Source of the DNA: Patescibacteria group bacterium
GTDB taxonomy: Bacteria; Patescibacteriota; Patescibacteriia; SG8-24; DYFX01
Direction of reading: 5' to 3'
Assembly: GCA_041659045.1 (NCBI GenBank)
Contig: JBAZZB010000001.1
Span: 70,111 to 134,110 of the forward strand
DNA: 64,000 bases
The stretch's first letter is position 1, and each line of letters opens with the position of its first letter. Made by a program: the position numbers and the translations under genes. Below the pieces are notes generated by a model. It made no database searches, was not told the origin of the DNA, and saw nothing but the letters and a program-made list of their open reading frames with translations. Shown in pieces: positions 1-11,314 of the stretch.

Positions 1-67
1 TTGGGGCAGCCCGCGAGACACAGCAGGGAAAGGGCGATGACCAGACACGTGACGCGATTGCTTCGCA
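1..67 (-). CDS. partial CDS (5' end only, continues beyond window start): putative lipoprotein
   Basis: Reverse complement of 1-80 reads GGAGGAGG, spacer, ATG, then MRSNRVTCLVIALSLLCLAGCP: hydrophobic signal peptide ending in an LAGC lipobox. Absent from the ORF track because there is no stop inside the window. Confidence 0.4.
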
Positions 68-187
68 TGATACCTCCTCCGCCGAATCTGGCGGCGCGCG
101 AAGGTTCGCATGATTTCTGGCGAATGTCAAGGTAAAAGACTGCCGAGGTGTGGCTGAGGTGTGAAGACGTTGTCACCGTACGTATTC

Positions 188-217
188 TTGACAAAACGGT
201 ACTTTTATCGCTATCTT
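188..217 (+). promoter_or_regulatory. sigma70-like promoter upstream of the sigma factor gene
   Basis: TTGACA (188-193), 18-nt spacer, TATCTT (212-217), about 48 nt upstream of the ATG at 266. Confidence 0.35.
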
Positions 218-265
218 CAGCTGGTCGTTGCACCTTTCACGACCACCCCTTACGAAGGATATCCG

Positions 266-1213
266 ATGCTTCGTACGACTCCGTTATCTGACGAAGAGCG
301 GGCCGAAGCCCACAAGCTCGTGTGGCGCGACCTGAACGTCTGTCGGGAGGTGCTTCGCAAGGAGCTTGGTGGTCGATACGTGCCAGCGACGGCAATACCA
401 GTGTCGCTCCAAGCGTACGCCCACGCCTACTCATCGGCGTGGTTGAAACGGACGCCTCCGTGCGAACGCATCGAGTACTTTCTCTCGCGCCGGCCGATGC
501 ATCTTCTCCGCATGCACGTCGGCCCATGTGCCGCCGCGCGTTTCAAGGAGCTTTGGAACGATCACCTGCCGCTTTGCTACTTCTTTGCGAAGCGGTACGA
601 GAAGATCCTCGGGGTCGATTTCAACGAGCTTGTCAGTCATGCCAGCGAGGGAGTGATGCTGGCGCTCGCGCGGTTTGATCCTGACAAGGGATCCTTCAGC
701 ACGTATGCCTCGCACTGGATCAAGCACTGCATCCTTCGCGATATTCTGCGGCTGAAGCGTCCCATGCACATTCCGTATTGCGCCATCCGAAGGGCGGGAA
801 TGCCCGATGCCACGCCGGAAGAAGCGGAAGTTCTTTCCTATCGCAAGTGCGGGTTCGATACGCGGTTTGGTTTCGAGCGTGTGGCAGCCGCCTTGGGTAT
901 CACCCCGTTCCGCGCGACGCAGGGGTTGTCGCCATTCATGACACGCCAGGATTTCATCGCGGATCCGGATGCCGAAGAAGCCTATGACGCGCAGTCCAAC
1001 GTGCGTGATGGCACTTGTATGATGGATGAGTTGATCACCGTCGCTCTGACGCCGTTCGAAAAGGCGGTGCTCGATGCGCGACTGCAGGAGCCAGCGCCTT
1101 CCTACAAGAAAATCGGCGAAGCGTACAACCTGAGCCGCGAACGCATTCGGCAGGTCCACAACGTCGCCATCTGGAAGATCAAGAAGAAGCTGGTCGACTA
1201 CGCCATGCGGTAA
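266..1213 (+). CDS. RNA polymerase sigma factor, sigma-70 family (RpoD-like, short form)
   Basis: Region 2 (ASEGVMLALARFDPDKGSFSTYASHWIKHCILRDILR) and region 4 HTH (YKKIGEAYNLSRERIRQVHNVAIWKIKKKL). Start moved to the ATG at 266, which is preceded by an AAGGAT RBS; the 161 start in the track is a GTG extension. Confidence 0.75.
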   Translation: MLRTTPLSDEERAEAHKLVWRDLNVCREVLRKELGGRYVPATAIPVSLQAYAHAYSSAWLKRTPPCERIEYFLSRRPMHLLRMHVGPCAAARFKELWNDHLPLCYFFAKRYEKILGVDFNELVSHASEGVMLALARFDPDKGSFSTYASHWIKHCILRDILRLKRPMHIPYCAIRRAGMPDATPEEAEVLSYRKCGFDTRFGFERVAAALGITPFRATQGLSPFMTRQDFIADPDAEEAYDAQSNVRDGTCMMDELITVALTPFEKAVLDARLQEPAPSYKKIGEAYNLSRERIRQVHNVAIWKIKKKLVDYAMR

Positions 1214-1216
1214 CGC

Positions 1217-1250
1217 AAAACCGGCCCCGTGAGGCCGGCTTTTCTTTTTC
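1217..1250. terminator. bidirectional intrinsic terminator between the sigma gene and gyrB (convergent)
   Basis: ccggccccgtgaggccgg hairpin followed by cttttctttttc; an A-run on the other side serves the opposite strand. Confidence 0.7.
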
Positions 1251-3458
<2,208 letters not shown>

Positions 3459-3491
3459 TCAGCGCGTGTTTGTTCGAATAATGGAGGCATC

Positions 3492-3905
3492 ATGGATACG
3501 TCGTCCTCACCAGTGACCATCATCCGTCCCCGTTCCAGCTGTCTCACCGACCTCGCGCAGCAGATGAGCTGGCTCATTGCCGGCAACCCGGACGGCACGC
3601 CCGTCATCGTCGAGCGCCTGATGCGGGAGGGTGGCATCACGTTCGGCGATCCCGACTTCCCGACGACGGAGAAGGTGTACACCGGCCTCGTCCGGAACTT
3701 CTGGTTCTCGGAAGCGTGCGACCAGTTCGAGTGGATCCAGCAGGAGGTTCGTGCGGGCGAGTACTGCGAAGCCGATCAGTCGGCGCTCGATCGTCTCGAG
3801 AAGATCCTGACCGACAACGTCATCTCGCACGCGGAGCTTCGCTCGACCCCCGAGGAGTTCTCGCGGTTGCGTGCGGCTCTGCGACCCGCGACCAACCCCA
3901 CCTGA
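3492..3905 (+). CDS. hypothetical protein (high-GC3 gene)
   Basis: ORF with a GGAGG RBS 6 nt before the ATG at 3492; near-saturated GC at third positions; no recognisable motif. Confidence 0.5.
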   Translation: MDTSSSPVTIIRPRSSCLTDLAQQMSWLIAGNPDGTPVIVERLMREGGITFGDPDFPTTEKVYTGLVRNFWFSEACDQFEWIQQEVRAGEYCEADQSALDRLEKILTDNVISHAELRSTPEEFSRLRAALRPATNPT

Positions 3906-4025
3906 TCTCCGCCCTCAACCACTCGCGCATCCGCGCGGCAAAGAGCATCGCTCGCTCAAGCCGTTCAGGTGCGCTCTTTGTTTTTATGAGGAATGTCGAT
4001 GGCGAATCTGCTATACTTATAAGGT

Positions 4026-4898
4026 ATGGCAGACTCGTCGAACGGGAGCTTCGAATCCACCGGAGCCGCGACAGAAAAAGAACTCCGCTGGAGCCAGTGG
4101 TGGATTGATCATAAGGAGCAGGTCAAAAAGGCCGGGCTCGGAGTTTTTATGGCGTTCGATGTGTGTCTCCTTGGTTTCGGTTTTTGGGGCTTCATCGATT
4201 GGTTGGCGTTCGGCGGATTGCGGGAAGAACAGATGATTCGCCAGATGACGTCTCCTGAATACGGCCGCTTCACGAGCGTGGCACTTGAGGAGGTACAGGT
4301 CGGCGCGCCGATCGTTCTCTCGGGTGGTGTCGGCAAGATCGATATTTTGACGCCGATCGAAAATCGCAACGATGCTTTTTGGGCGGAGGTTGAGTACCGC
4401 TATCTCATCGGCGGTACGGAACAAGCATTACACAAAACGTTCGTGCTTCCCGGGCAAACCAAATACCTCAGCGAACTCGGTGCTTCATCTGGTTCGGGAG
4501 CGAGTGTCGAGCTCCGGATTGAAAAAAGACTTTGGCACCGAGTTGATTTGCAAGACGCCGCGAATGCCGCGGAGTTTGCCGAGTCGCGTCTGAACATTCG
4601 CGCCGAGAATCCCGCCTACACGGCTTCCGATCCTTTGGCGACAACTCCGGTATCGAGTGCGAAGTTCACCCTGGTCAACGGATCAGCGTTCGGATATTAC
4701 GACGTGAATCTTCTCGTGCTGCTCTATCGCGGTGACACGGTTGTCGGCGCGAACCAAGCGAGGGTTGAGACGCTCGCGGCTGGCGAGAAGAAACAGATGG
4801 AACTTTTCTGGTTCCAACTCCTGCCGCAAGTCACCAAGGTGCAAGTTGTTCCCGACATCAATATCTACGACCCGTACGTCTACCGTTCGCCGCGTTAA
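4026..4898 (+). CDS. hypothetical membrane protein
   Basis: 290-aa ORF with an N-terminal TM segment (VFMAFDVCLLGFGFWGFIDWLAFGGL); followed by a terminator hairpin. Confidence 0.5.
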   Translation: MADSSNGSFESTGAATEKELRWSQWWIDHKEQVKKAGLGVFMAFDVCLLGFGFWGFIDWLAFGGLREEQMIRQMTSPEYGRFTSVALEEVQVGAPIVLSGGVGKIDILTPIENRNDAFWAEVEYRYLIGGTEQALHKTFVLPGQTKYLSELGASSGSGASVELRIEKRLWHRVDLQDAANAAEFAESRLNIRAENPAYTASDPLATTPVSSAKFTLVNGSAFGYYDVNLLVLLYRGDTVVGANQARVETLAAGEKKQMELFWFQLLPQVTKVQVVPDINIYDPYVYRSPR

Positions 4899-4917
4899 AG
4901 GTTGACAACATCGACAG

Positions 4918-4946
4918 AAAGACCGTACGTTCCGCGTACGGTCTTT
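4918..4946 (+). terminator. terminator-like hairpin after the 4026-4898 gene
   Basis: Perfect 11-bp inverted repeat aagaccgtacg/cgtacggtctt around loop ttccg, followed by tcgtatttcc, directly upstream of the RBS of the next gene. Confidence 0.4.
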
Positions 4947-4970
4947 CGTATTTCCAAGGAGGGAAAGATC

Positions 4971-5963
4971 ATGGACCCAGTCTTTGATTTGTTCGTAGTT
5001 GTCATGATAGCCGCGGCGGCGCTCGTCGGTGTGCATGCAAACGCGATGCGTCCTCCTGGCACGGTGTCGAACGTTCGACGCACATCCTGGACGCTGCTTC
5101 TCGGGGAATGTCGTGGAAACGACAACCCGCCGGCATACAACTGCCCACGTGTCGCGGACTTTCGCGAGGGGCGCTTGCAGTGCTCGCACTGCCGCCACGA
5201 CTTCTCCGACATCAAGCTCCCGCGCATGTCAGAGGTGTCAGTCGATGGTCGAGCTGGATTGGTACGCGATCCGAACGGCCCACTGGTCTCTTCGCTCTGC
5301 GAACAGGAAGAGGGTGTGCTTACGGAACGTCATGCGCCGGTGTTCGACTTCGACTATCCGGTCGAGCTGCGCGAAGACAAGATCCTGCTGCTCAGGATGC
5401 GTGCAGAGGCGCCGCATGTCAGTGCCGTGCTTGAGATCATGGAGAAGCACGGGCTGGCCGCGCGAGGATCGCATGCGGCGTTTGAAGCCCGCACGCTCGA
5501 CCACACCGTGCTTGGTGATGATGAAGGAGGAATTTCTCCGCATCGCGTAAGCGCGTTCACGCCTTCTGGTCTCGAAATTCTTCTGAGTACGAGCGGTCGA
5601 TTGGTCGCCTCGAGTACGGAAGGACACTTCCATCTCTATCTCGACAAGATGTTGTCATGGGAGGCCTATCGCGAGGTGCTCTGCCGCATGGCGGATGCCG
5701 GCCTCATCGAGCGCAACTGGTTTCGTCTGTGCGATCAACGCAAGATGGGCATGCTGCGCAAGCCGGAATTCAAGAAGCCTGGCGCCTTCACGCCTCCGCA
5801 CCCGGTGCAGACCGTGGTACCTGCAGCGATGCAGTTCGCGCCGACTCCTTTGGCGGACGACCCCGACGAATACTGGAACGGCCGGACGCGCGATGCTGGG
5901 CATGCGTCGGATAGCTATCTTGCGCTCTCAGGGCGGAAGCGAACGTCTGACCCCGATTACTAA
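4971..5963 (+). CDS. hypothetical protein with Cys4 zinc-ribbon-like motif
   Basis: AAGGAGGG RBS then ATG at 4971; N-terminal TM segment; CPRVADFREGRLQCSHC cysteine cluster. Confidence 0.5.
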   Translation: MDPVFDLFVVVMIAAAALVGVHANAMRPPGTVSNVRRTSWTLLLGECRGNDNPPAYNCPRVADFREGRLQCSHCRHDFSDIKLPRMSEVSVDGRAGLVRDPNGPLVSSLCEQEEGVLTERHAPVFDFDYPVELREDKILLLRMRAEAPHVSAVLEIMEKHGLAARGSHAAFEARTLDHTVLGDDEGGISPHRVSAFTPSGLEILLSTSGRLVASSTEGHFHLYLDKMLSWEAYREVLCRMADAGLIERNWFRLCDQRKMGMLRKPEFKKPGAFTPPHPVQTVVPAAMQFAPTPLADDPDEYWNGRTRDAGHASDSYLALSGRKRTSDPDY

Positions 5964-5965
5964 AA

Positions 5966-5994
5966 CCGCCCCTCTTGAGGCGGCTTTTCTTTTC
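5966..5994. terminator. intrinsic terminator between convergent genes
   Basis: ccgcc-cctcttga-ggcgg hairpin followed by cttttcttttc; it overlaps the stop codon of the minus-strand DUF4230 gene. Confidence 0.65.
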
Positions 5995-6598
5995 AGCACG
6001 TTCCCGCCGGACTTTGGATGATGCTGTCCGGATACCCGAGTGCGCCGAGGACAGCCTTGAGTTGCTTCACGGCGTTCTCTTCCGCTTCGCGTAAGATGCC
6101 AGCGGCGCAAGCGGCGTCGCGGATTGACTGCTCGGCGGCGAGGCGCGCCTCTGATTCGAGGTCCTTATCGCCGCGAGAGAGGAGTCCTTGGTCGCGATCG
6201 TACACGCGCGTCTTTTCGTTATCGAGACGTACGGAAAGGATTTGTGGTGCGGGTAGTTTGACGCGTAGCGAGCCCGAGACTTTTTCGACGTCTGCTTCGG
6301 TGAGGCCGCTCAGGTCGTAGCCCGCGACGACTTCGCCGTTGGCGATGAGGAGCAATTTGTCACCGAACAAAATGTTGCGCCAGGGACCGCCACCGTCTTT
6401 CTTGGCCTCGATGATTTTCTCGATCGTGAACGAGGACGTTTCGAGTCGGCCGAGTTGACGCATCTCTTTGATGACGGCGTCACGGCTCGTGTCGATGCGC
6501 GTACCAGTCTGACCTGGACGCAAAAAGAACCAGCTGGCCAGGCCTGCCCCGACGAGGAGAGTGAGAAGTGAGACGGTTGCGGTCGTGCGCATTGTCAT
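5993..6598 (-). CDS. DUF4230 family protein
   Basis: About 200 aa with an N-terminal TM segment, then RIDTSRDAVIKEMRQLGRLETSSFTIEKIIEA...LLLIANGEVVAGYDLSGL, the characteristic DUF4230 pattern recognised by eye. Confidence 0.6.
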   Translation of the reverse strand: MTMRTTATVSLLTLLVGAGLASWFFLRPGQTGTRIDTSRDAVIKEMRQLGRLETSSFTIEKIIEAKKDGGGPWRNILFGDKLLLIANGEVVAGYDLSGLTEADVEKVSGSLRVKLPAPQILSVRLDNEKTRVYDRDQGLLSRGDKDLESEARLAAEQSIRDAACAAGILREAEENAVKQLKAVLGALGYPDSIIQSPAGTC

Positions 6599-6638
6599 AG
6601 GGGGTGGGTTTCAGTAGTATCGTAGGGAACTTTGACGC

Positions 6639-7736
6639 ATGCTGCAACGTACCATTCAGGCGTACCGAAAATTTGATTGGCTGCTCTTCGGCTCGGCGGT
6701 CTTGTTGGCGGGCTTGGGACTCCTCGCACTCTACTCGATTGGTCTCGGCGCGGAAGGGGACTTCGGCAGCTTCAAGAAGCAGCTGCTCTTTTTTGTGATC
6801 GGACTCCTGATCGTTACGGTGGGTACGGTGGGCTTCCACTACCGCTGGCTGACGTTCATCACGGTGCCGATGTACTTCGGCATGATGCTGCTTCTTCTTA
6901 CGGTGCTCCTGACGGGTCAGGTCATTCGCGGCACGCGCGGCTGGCTGTATATCGGACCCGCCGGTTTCCAACCGGTCGAGCTTGCCAAGGTGGTGCTGAT
7001 TATCATCATGGCGAAATTTCTAGCGACGCATGGGCGCTACACCAAAGACATCCGCGTCGTGATTCAGAGCGCTGTGACGGTCGTGCTCATGTTGCTCCTC
7101 GTTGTACTGCAACCGGACTTGGGAGGCGCTATCATTCTCGCTTCGATCTGGTTCGGTATGGTGCTCGTCTCAGGACTTCGCGCGAGACACCTTCTTACGA
7201 TGGCGGGCATCGCGATCGTCTTCGGTGCCGTCGCCTGGCTCTTCCTGCTACGCCCGTACCAGAAGGAGCGCATCATGACGTTCTTGAACCCCGCCAGCGA
7301 TCCGTTCGGACAGGGTTACAACGTGACGCAGTCCGTGATCGCGATCGGTGCCGGACAGCTAACGGGCAGGGGAGTTGCCTCAGGTTCGCAAAGCCAGCTG
7401 CGCTTCCTTCCCGAAGCGAGAACGGACTTCATTTTTTCAGTGATCGCCGAGGAGATGGGATTCATTGGCGTCATGATCCTGCTCGGCTTGTTCGGCGTCC
7501 TCTTCTCGCGCCTCTATGTACTGGCCAAGTCCTCGCGCGACGACTTCACGCTCTTCCTCGTGATCGGTACTTCGGTCGTGATCGCTTCCGAGACATTCGT
7601 GAACATCGGCGTCGCCTCAGGTATTTTGCCAGTCACCGGTCTCGCGCTGCCGTTCGTGAGTTACGGCGGCACCTCGCTCGTCATGCACTTCGTTTTGATC
7701 GCGCTCATGGAGAACATCGCCGTGCGGAGGAGTTGA
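6639..7736 (+). CDS. SEDS family peptidoglycan glycosyltransferase (RodA/FtsW)
   Basis: Ten-TM protein with PDLGGAIILASIWFGMVL, ITGRGVASGSQ, SYGGTSLV; the longer +1-frame ORF 6677-7747 is an antisense-like artefact. Confidence 0.85.
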   Translation: MLQRTIQAYRKFDWLLFGSAVLLAGLGLLALYSIGLGAEGDFGSFKKQLLFFVIGLLIVTVGTVGFHYRWLTFITVPMYFGMMLLLLTVLLTGQVIRGTRGWLYIGPAGFQPVELAKVVLIIIMAKFLATHGRYTKDIRVVIQSAVTVVLMLLLVVLQPDLGGAIILASIWFGMVLVSGLRARHLLTMAGIAIVFGAVAWLFLLRPYQKERIMTFLNPASDPFGQGYNVTQSVIAIGAGQLTGRGVASGSQSQLRFLPEARTDFIFSVIAEEMGFIGVMILLGLFGVLFSRLYVLAKSSRDDFTLFLVIGTSVVIASETFVNIGVASGILPVTGLALPFVSYGGTSLVMHFVLIALMENIAVRRS

Positions 7737-7790
7737 AAAACGAGTGAACAAGATTCTTGTTCATATAAAAACTCAGCGGATACTACTGAA

Positions 7791-7827
7791 AACGCGTGCA
7801 TCAAAAGAATTGACGCACGCGTTTTTG
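7791..7827 (+). terminator. probable intrinsic terminator after rodA/ftsW
   Basis: aacgcgtgc ... gcacgcgtt stem (large loop) followed by tttttg. Confidence 0.4.
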
Positions 7828-7869
7828 ATTGGTAGGTTTTGTGCAGCACCTGAACAAAGGAGAGAGACA

Positions 7870-8520
7870 ATGGGTGATATGAGCAACTGGCCATTTGGAT
7901 TTATCGATGATCCACCTCGCTCGAAACGGCCCGAAAAGCGCATCGTGGCGTTCGCTGGGCGGAACGGTTGCGGCAAGGAGACGGCGGCCAAATGGTCTGC
8001 ACGTGCCTTGGTCGCACGATCCCATACCTATTCGGATGTGCTCGTGGAGACGTTCGGTCTCTGGCACACAAGGAAGACCACGCGACCAGAGCAGCAGGCT
8101 CTCTCGACCTTCATGCGGCAGCTTCTCGGCGAAGATGCCATGGCGATCGTCATGGTGAAGAAGTGCTTGGAGGCACCTAGCAGCCACGTGGTCATCGACG
8201 GCGTTCGCCGACTCGAGGACATCGATCTTCTCTGCAAGGAGTTCGGTTCAAGAAACGTGCATCTCGGTTGGATCGAGGCGGCTGCGAACGTGCGTTACGA
8301 GCGTCTCAAGGCACGCAAGACGAAGGGCGGGGAACAGTTCATGACGTGGGACGAGTTCCTGGTACAGGAGGCTGCCGAGGCGGAGCAGCAACTCGATGTC
8401 GTGCGCGCATCCTGCGCTTTCGAGATCGACAACAACGCACCGCTCGATGCCTCGGGCGTGCCGTCGCAGATGTTCCTTCAGATCGAGCGCACGCTCAGAG
8501 ATCGGCACGTCATGTCATGA
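7870..8520 (+). CDS. P-loop NTPase, small kinase-like protein
   Basis: AAAGGAGAGAG RBS then ATG at 7870; Walker A-like AFAGRNGCGKETAA; an Asp-containing VIDGVRRLEDIDLL segment reminiscent of dNMP/dephospho-CoA kinase folds. Confidence 0.45.
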   Translation: MGDMSNWPFGFIDDPPRSKRPEKRIVAFAGRNGCGKETAAKWSARALVARSHTYSDVLVETFGLWHTRKTTRPEQQALSTFMRQLLGEDAMAIVMVKKCLEAPSSHVVIDGVRRLEDIDLLCKEFGSRNVHLGWIEAAANVRYERLKARKTKGGEQFMTWDEFLVQEAAEAEQQLDVVRASCAFEIDNNAPLDASGVPSQMFLQIERTLRDRHVMS

Positions 8521-8533
8521 TGAGTGCGACCTC

Positions 8534-8562
8534 GACGCCTTCTTACGGGCGTCTTTTTTATT
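8534..8562 (+). terminator. intrinsic terminator
   Basis: gacgcc-ttcttacg-ggcgtc hairpin followed by ttttttatt. Confidence 0.6.
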
Positions 8563-8660
8563 CGAAATAAGGCGGGATCGGGAGTTATACACTCGACAAG
8601 TCTTGCAAAAAATGGTATCGTGTGAAGGTAAAACAAAGTTCGTCCACAAGACAAAAGGCT

Positions 8661-9029
8661 ATGGCTCCACTTTCACAATCTACGCCAAGCTATTATCAGG
8701 ACGGCCTCCGGATGATCTCGTTTTGCCCTCTGTGCGAAACGAATTACAATCCGATGGAGGCGCGCGTCTTGGGCGAAAAAGAGGACGGCCACCTCCTGCA
8801 CATCCGCTGTAAGAAGTGCTGGAACTCCATCTTGGCTTTGGTCCTCGTTTCAAACGCCGGCGTCTCTTCGGTCGGTCTCATCACCGACCTGACCTTTGAC
8901 GACGTGCGCAAATTCTCTGGTCGCGAAACGGAAGTCACAACGGACGACGTCATCAGCGTACATGAACTGCTTGCGCATGATGGCGACGGCTCGTTCGACT
9001 TCATCGACGCGGTGCTGGAGTACATGTAA
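8661..9029 (+). CDS. small zinc-ribbon protein, hypothetical
   Basis: AAAAGG then ATG at 8661; CPLCETNYNP...HIRCKKCWN Cys4 motif. Confidence 0.45.
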   Translation: MAPLSQSTPSYYQDGLRMISFCPLCETNYNPMEARVLGEKEDGHLLHIRCKKCWNSILALVLVSNAGVSSVGLITDLTFDDVRKFSGRETEVTTDDVISVHELLAHDGDGSFDFIDAVLEYM

Positions 9030-9036
9030 TCCGGTT

Positions 9037-9075
9037 GAAGAACAGATCCTGTGAGGGATCTGTTCTTCGTTTTAA
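9037..9075. terminator. bidirectional terminator between convergent genes
   Basis: Perfect 13-bp stem gaagaacagatcc/ggatctgttcttc around loop tgtga, then gttttaaaaaaaaa (T-run on one strand, A-run on the other). Confidence 0.7.
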
Positions 9076-9092
9076 AAAAAAAGCCCGGACGA

Positions 9093-9584
9093 TTACCGTC
9101 CAGGTGGCGACGAGGGGCGACGAGTCTCGAACATGTCTTTCCGGGCGAGCGCATACTTGAGCGTCCGGGTCCGGAACCGATTGAAGCGCTCGAAGATCGT
9201 GGGGTCCATCTGGAGCAGTGTCTCCCGATCGATGTCCAGATACGTCTCTGCCAGGTGCAGATTGTCGCCGCCTGGTTCGATCATGATCCCATCCGGCATC
9301 AGATCGATGACGCACCACCCCAGATTGTTCCCGAAGCGGTACTCGCCGTCGATCGCGCCGCAGCAGACCAGGCTTCCGTGGCAGGTCTCCTGGAGCAGGA
9401 GTGCCGTCACGTCGGAGTGGCCGTAGCTCGGCGGTCGGGACGGGCGGTGAGTGCGCGTCCTTGGGTGGGCGGTATCGTCGAATGTCCAGATCTCTGGCAG
9501 TACCGTGCGCAGTCCGCTAATCACGTGTTCACCGAGTTCCTTTGCGGCGGCCGGTACTTTCCATTGCGAAGGCATGTTCTTCAT
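9093..9584 (-). CDS. hypothetical protein (elevated GC3)
   Basis: GGAGGAG RBS then ATG (MKNMPSQ...); no recognisable motif; Cys/His-rich segment HGSLVCCGAIDGEYRFGNN. Confidence 0.45.
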   Translation of the reverse strand: MKNMPSQWKVPAAAKELGEHVISGLRTVLPEIWTFDDTAHPRTRTHRPSRPPSYGHSDVTALLLQETCHGSLVCCGAIDGEYRFGNNLGWCVIDLMPDGIMIEPGGDNLHLAETYLDIDRETLLQMDPTIFERFNRFRTRTLKYALARKDMFETRRPSSPPGR

Positions 9585-9692
9585 GGCTCCTCCGAGGCGG
9601 AGAGTACTCGATTTGAGGCCGATTGTCAACCCTTGACGTGCGTGAATCCTTCCGGTAACCTCCTACCATAATTCTTATTGCTGAGTAGCCCT

Positions 9693-10379
9693 ATGGCAAT
9701 GGATGCAATCAAGCTGCCTCTCACCAAACGCGACGTGAAGGTGAAGGCCAAGATGCTGCGCGCGCAAGGTCTCATTCCCGCCGTCCTCTACGGACACGGA
9801 ACCGAGAACCACAACCTCGCAGTCCCGTACAACGTGTTTACGAAGGCCTTCAAGGCCGCCGGTGAATCCACCCTGATCGACCTCGAACTCGAGGGGAACG
9901 GCACGGTGAAGGCGCTGGTCAAAGACTGGCAGGTCGACCCGTTGTCGAACCGCTACATCCACGTCGACTTCTATCAGGTCAACCTGAAGGAGAAGCTCAA
10001 GGTGGAAATCGCGCTCAACTACGTCGGCGAATCGCCGGCGGTGAAGGAACAGGGCGGTTCGCTCGTGAAGAGCATGAACAGCCTGCGCGTCGAGTGTCTG
10101 CCGACCGACTTGGTCCACGCGATCGACGTCGACATCTCCAAGCTCAAAGCCTTCGAACAGATGATTCACGTGAGCGACCTCGTGTTGCCGAACGGAATCG
10201 AAGTCCTCGAAGACGCGAACGCCGTGGTTGTCCTGGTCGAAGCTCCGATGACCGAAGACCAGCTCAAGGCGCTCGAGAACGCCGCTCCGCTCGATGTCTC
10301 GGCGATCAAGACCGAGGCCGAAGAGAAGAAAGCTGCCGAGGATGCCGCCAAGGCCGCCGAGGAAGCTGCGAAGGCCTAA
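9693..10379 (+). CDS. rplY: 50S ribosomal protein L25 (Ctc form, with Lys/Ala/Glu-rich C-terminal tail)
   Basis: MAMDAIKLPLTKRD...LRAQGLIPAVLYGHG...VDFYQVNLKEKLKVEIAL...PTDLVHAIDVDISKLK; C-terminal tail KTEAEEKKAAEDAAKAAEEAAKA. Confidence 0.9.
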   Translation: MAMDAIKLPLTKRDVKVKAKMLRAQGLIPAVLYGHGTENHNLAVPYNVFTKAFKAAGESTLIDLELEGNGTVKALVKDWQVDPLSNRYIHVDFYQVNLKEKLKVEIALNYVGESPAVKEQGGSLVKSMNSLRVECLPTDLVHAIDVDISKLKAFEQMIHVSDLVLPNGIEVLEDANAVVVLVEAPMTEDQLKALENAAPLDVSAIKTEAEEKKAAEDAAKAAEEAAKA

Positions 10380-10391
10380 CGCCTCGCAATC

Positions 10392-10418
10392 AAAAACACC
10401 CCTCACGGGGTGTTTTTG
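10392..10418. terminator. bidirectional terminator shared by rplY and prmC
   Basis: aaaaacacccc-tcac-ggggtgttttt hairpin; the prmC stop codon lies in the loop. Confidence 0.8.
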
Positions 10419-11260
10419 TATGTAGCGATGAGGACGCGTTCGTCGCCATGGAGATCTTTCAAAACTTCGATCTTCGCGGTTGGGAGTGTCTCGCGTACGA
10501 GTCGCGTAAGTTCTTCAAACTGACCTGGCTCGGCTTCGATGGCGAGAAGCTGTGGGGCACGCTTCCAGCGAACAAGATTCTTGAACAGGGCGCGATAGTG
10601 ATCGAGTCCGTCTTTTCCGGAGACGAGCGCGAGCTTCGGTTCGTGCACGCGCACTTCCGGCTGCGCTTTTTTCCATGTCGCGAGGGGTAGGTACGGAAGG
10701 TTGGCAAGGAGGATCGTAGAGCCTTTTGGTTCCGGAAGCTTGTTCTTCAAAATGTTGAGTTTGGCGAGACGAACTCGACGTCCAAGTTTCAAGCGCTTCG
10801 TATTTGCCGCGGCGACTGTCAGGGCCTTCGTGGAAACGTCGTAGAGGACTGCTTTTGTATTTGGCCGCTCCATCATCAGAGTAAGCCCGATCGCACCAGA
10901 GCCCGTGCCGACGTCGATACATGTTTCGTAGTCGGTTGCGCGGGCAAGCACGGCTTCAACGAGCAGTTCGGTTTCCGGCCGGGGGATCAGCACGTCTTTC
11001 GTGACGGCAAAGACGCGTCCGTAGAAACCTCTCTCACCGACGATCTGGGCAAACGGCACACGGCGTGCGCGTGCACCGACAAGCTTCGCGTAGGCCTTTG
11101 CTTGGTTGGTTGTGATACCTGCGTCATCGTGAGCAAGGAGCCAGGCGCTGTCTCGTTTGAGGAGATATGCCAACAAGGACTCGGCTTCGAGACGAGGTTC
11201 CGGAATACGAGCGCGTTTCAAGCGGCTCGTGGCGACAAGGATGATCTCACGGATCGTCAT
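10403..11260 (-). CDS. prmC: peptide chain release factor N5-glutamine methyltransferase
   Basis: HemK/PrmC layout: IPRPETELLVE, SAM motif IDVGTGSGAIG, catalytic tetrapeptide present as NLPY (a variant of NPPY); same operon as prfA. Confidence 0.8.
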   Translation of the reverse strand: MTIREIILVATSRLKRARIPEPRLEAESLLAYLLKRDSAWLLAHDDAGITTNQAKAYAKLVGARARRVPFAQIVGERGFYGRVFAVTKDVLIPRPETELLVEAVLARATDYETCIDVGTGSGAIGLTLMMERPNTKAVLYDVSTKALTVAAANTKRLKLGRRVRLAKLNILKNKLPEPKGSTILLANLPYLPLATWKKAQPEVRVHEPKLALVSGKDGLDHYRALFKNLVRWKRAPQLLAIEAEPGQFEELTRLVRETLPTAKIEVLKDLHGDERVLIATYKNTP

Positions 11261-11273
11261 GGGCGCACTGTAC

Positions 11274-11306
11274 GACAAAAAGAAAAGCTCCGCGAGAGTG
11301 CGGAGC
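11274..11306 (-). terminator. intrinsic terminator after the 11315-11713 gene (minus strand)
   Basis: gctccgcgagagtgcggagc hairpin with an A-run on the plus strand, which is a U-run on the minus transcript. Confidence 0.55.
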
Positions 11307-11314
11307 GAGATCGG

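Noticed and set aside
3906-4025. Terminator after the 3492-3905 gene (ctttgtttttat run)
   Set aside because: No clean stem precedes the T-run; the helix has a very large loop, so it was not reported.
6677-7747. 356-aa ORF overlapping the SEDS gene in the +1 frame
   Set aside because: Arg/His-rich nonsense translation; the 6639 frame gives a canonical 10-TM RodA/FtsW protein.
8590-8660. Promoter TTGCAA-17-AGGTAA upstream of the zinc-ribbon ORF
   Set aside because: The -10 element is poor (AGGTAA), so it was not reported as a feature.
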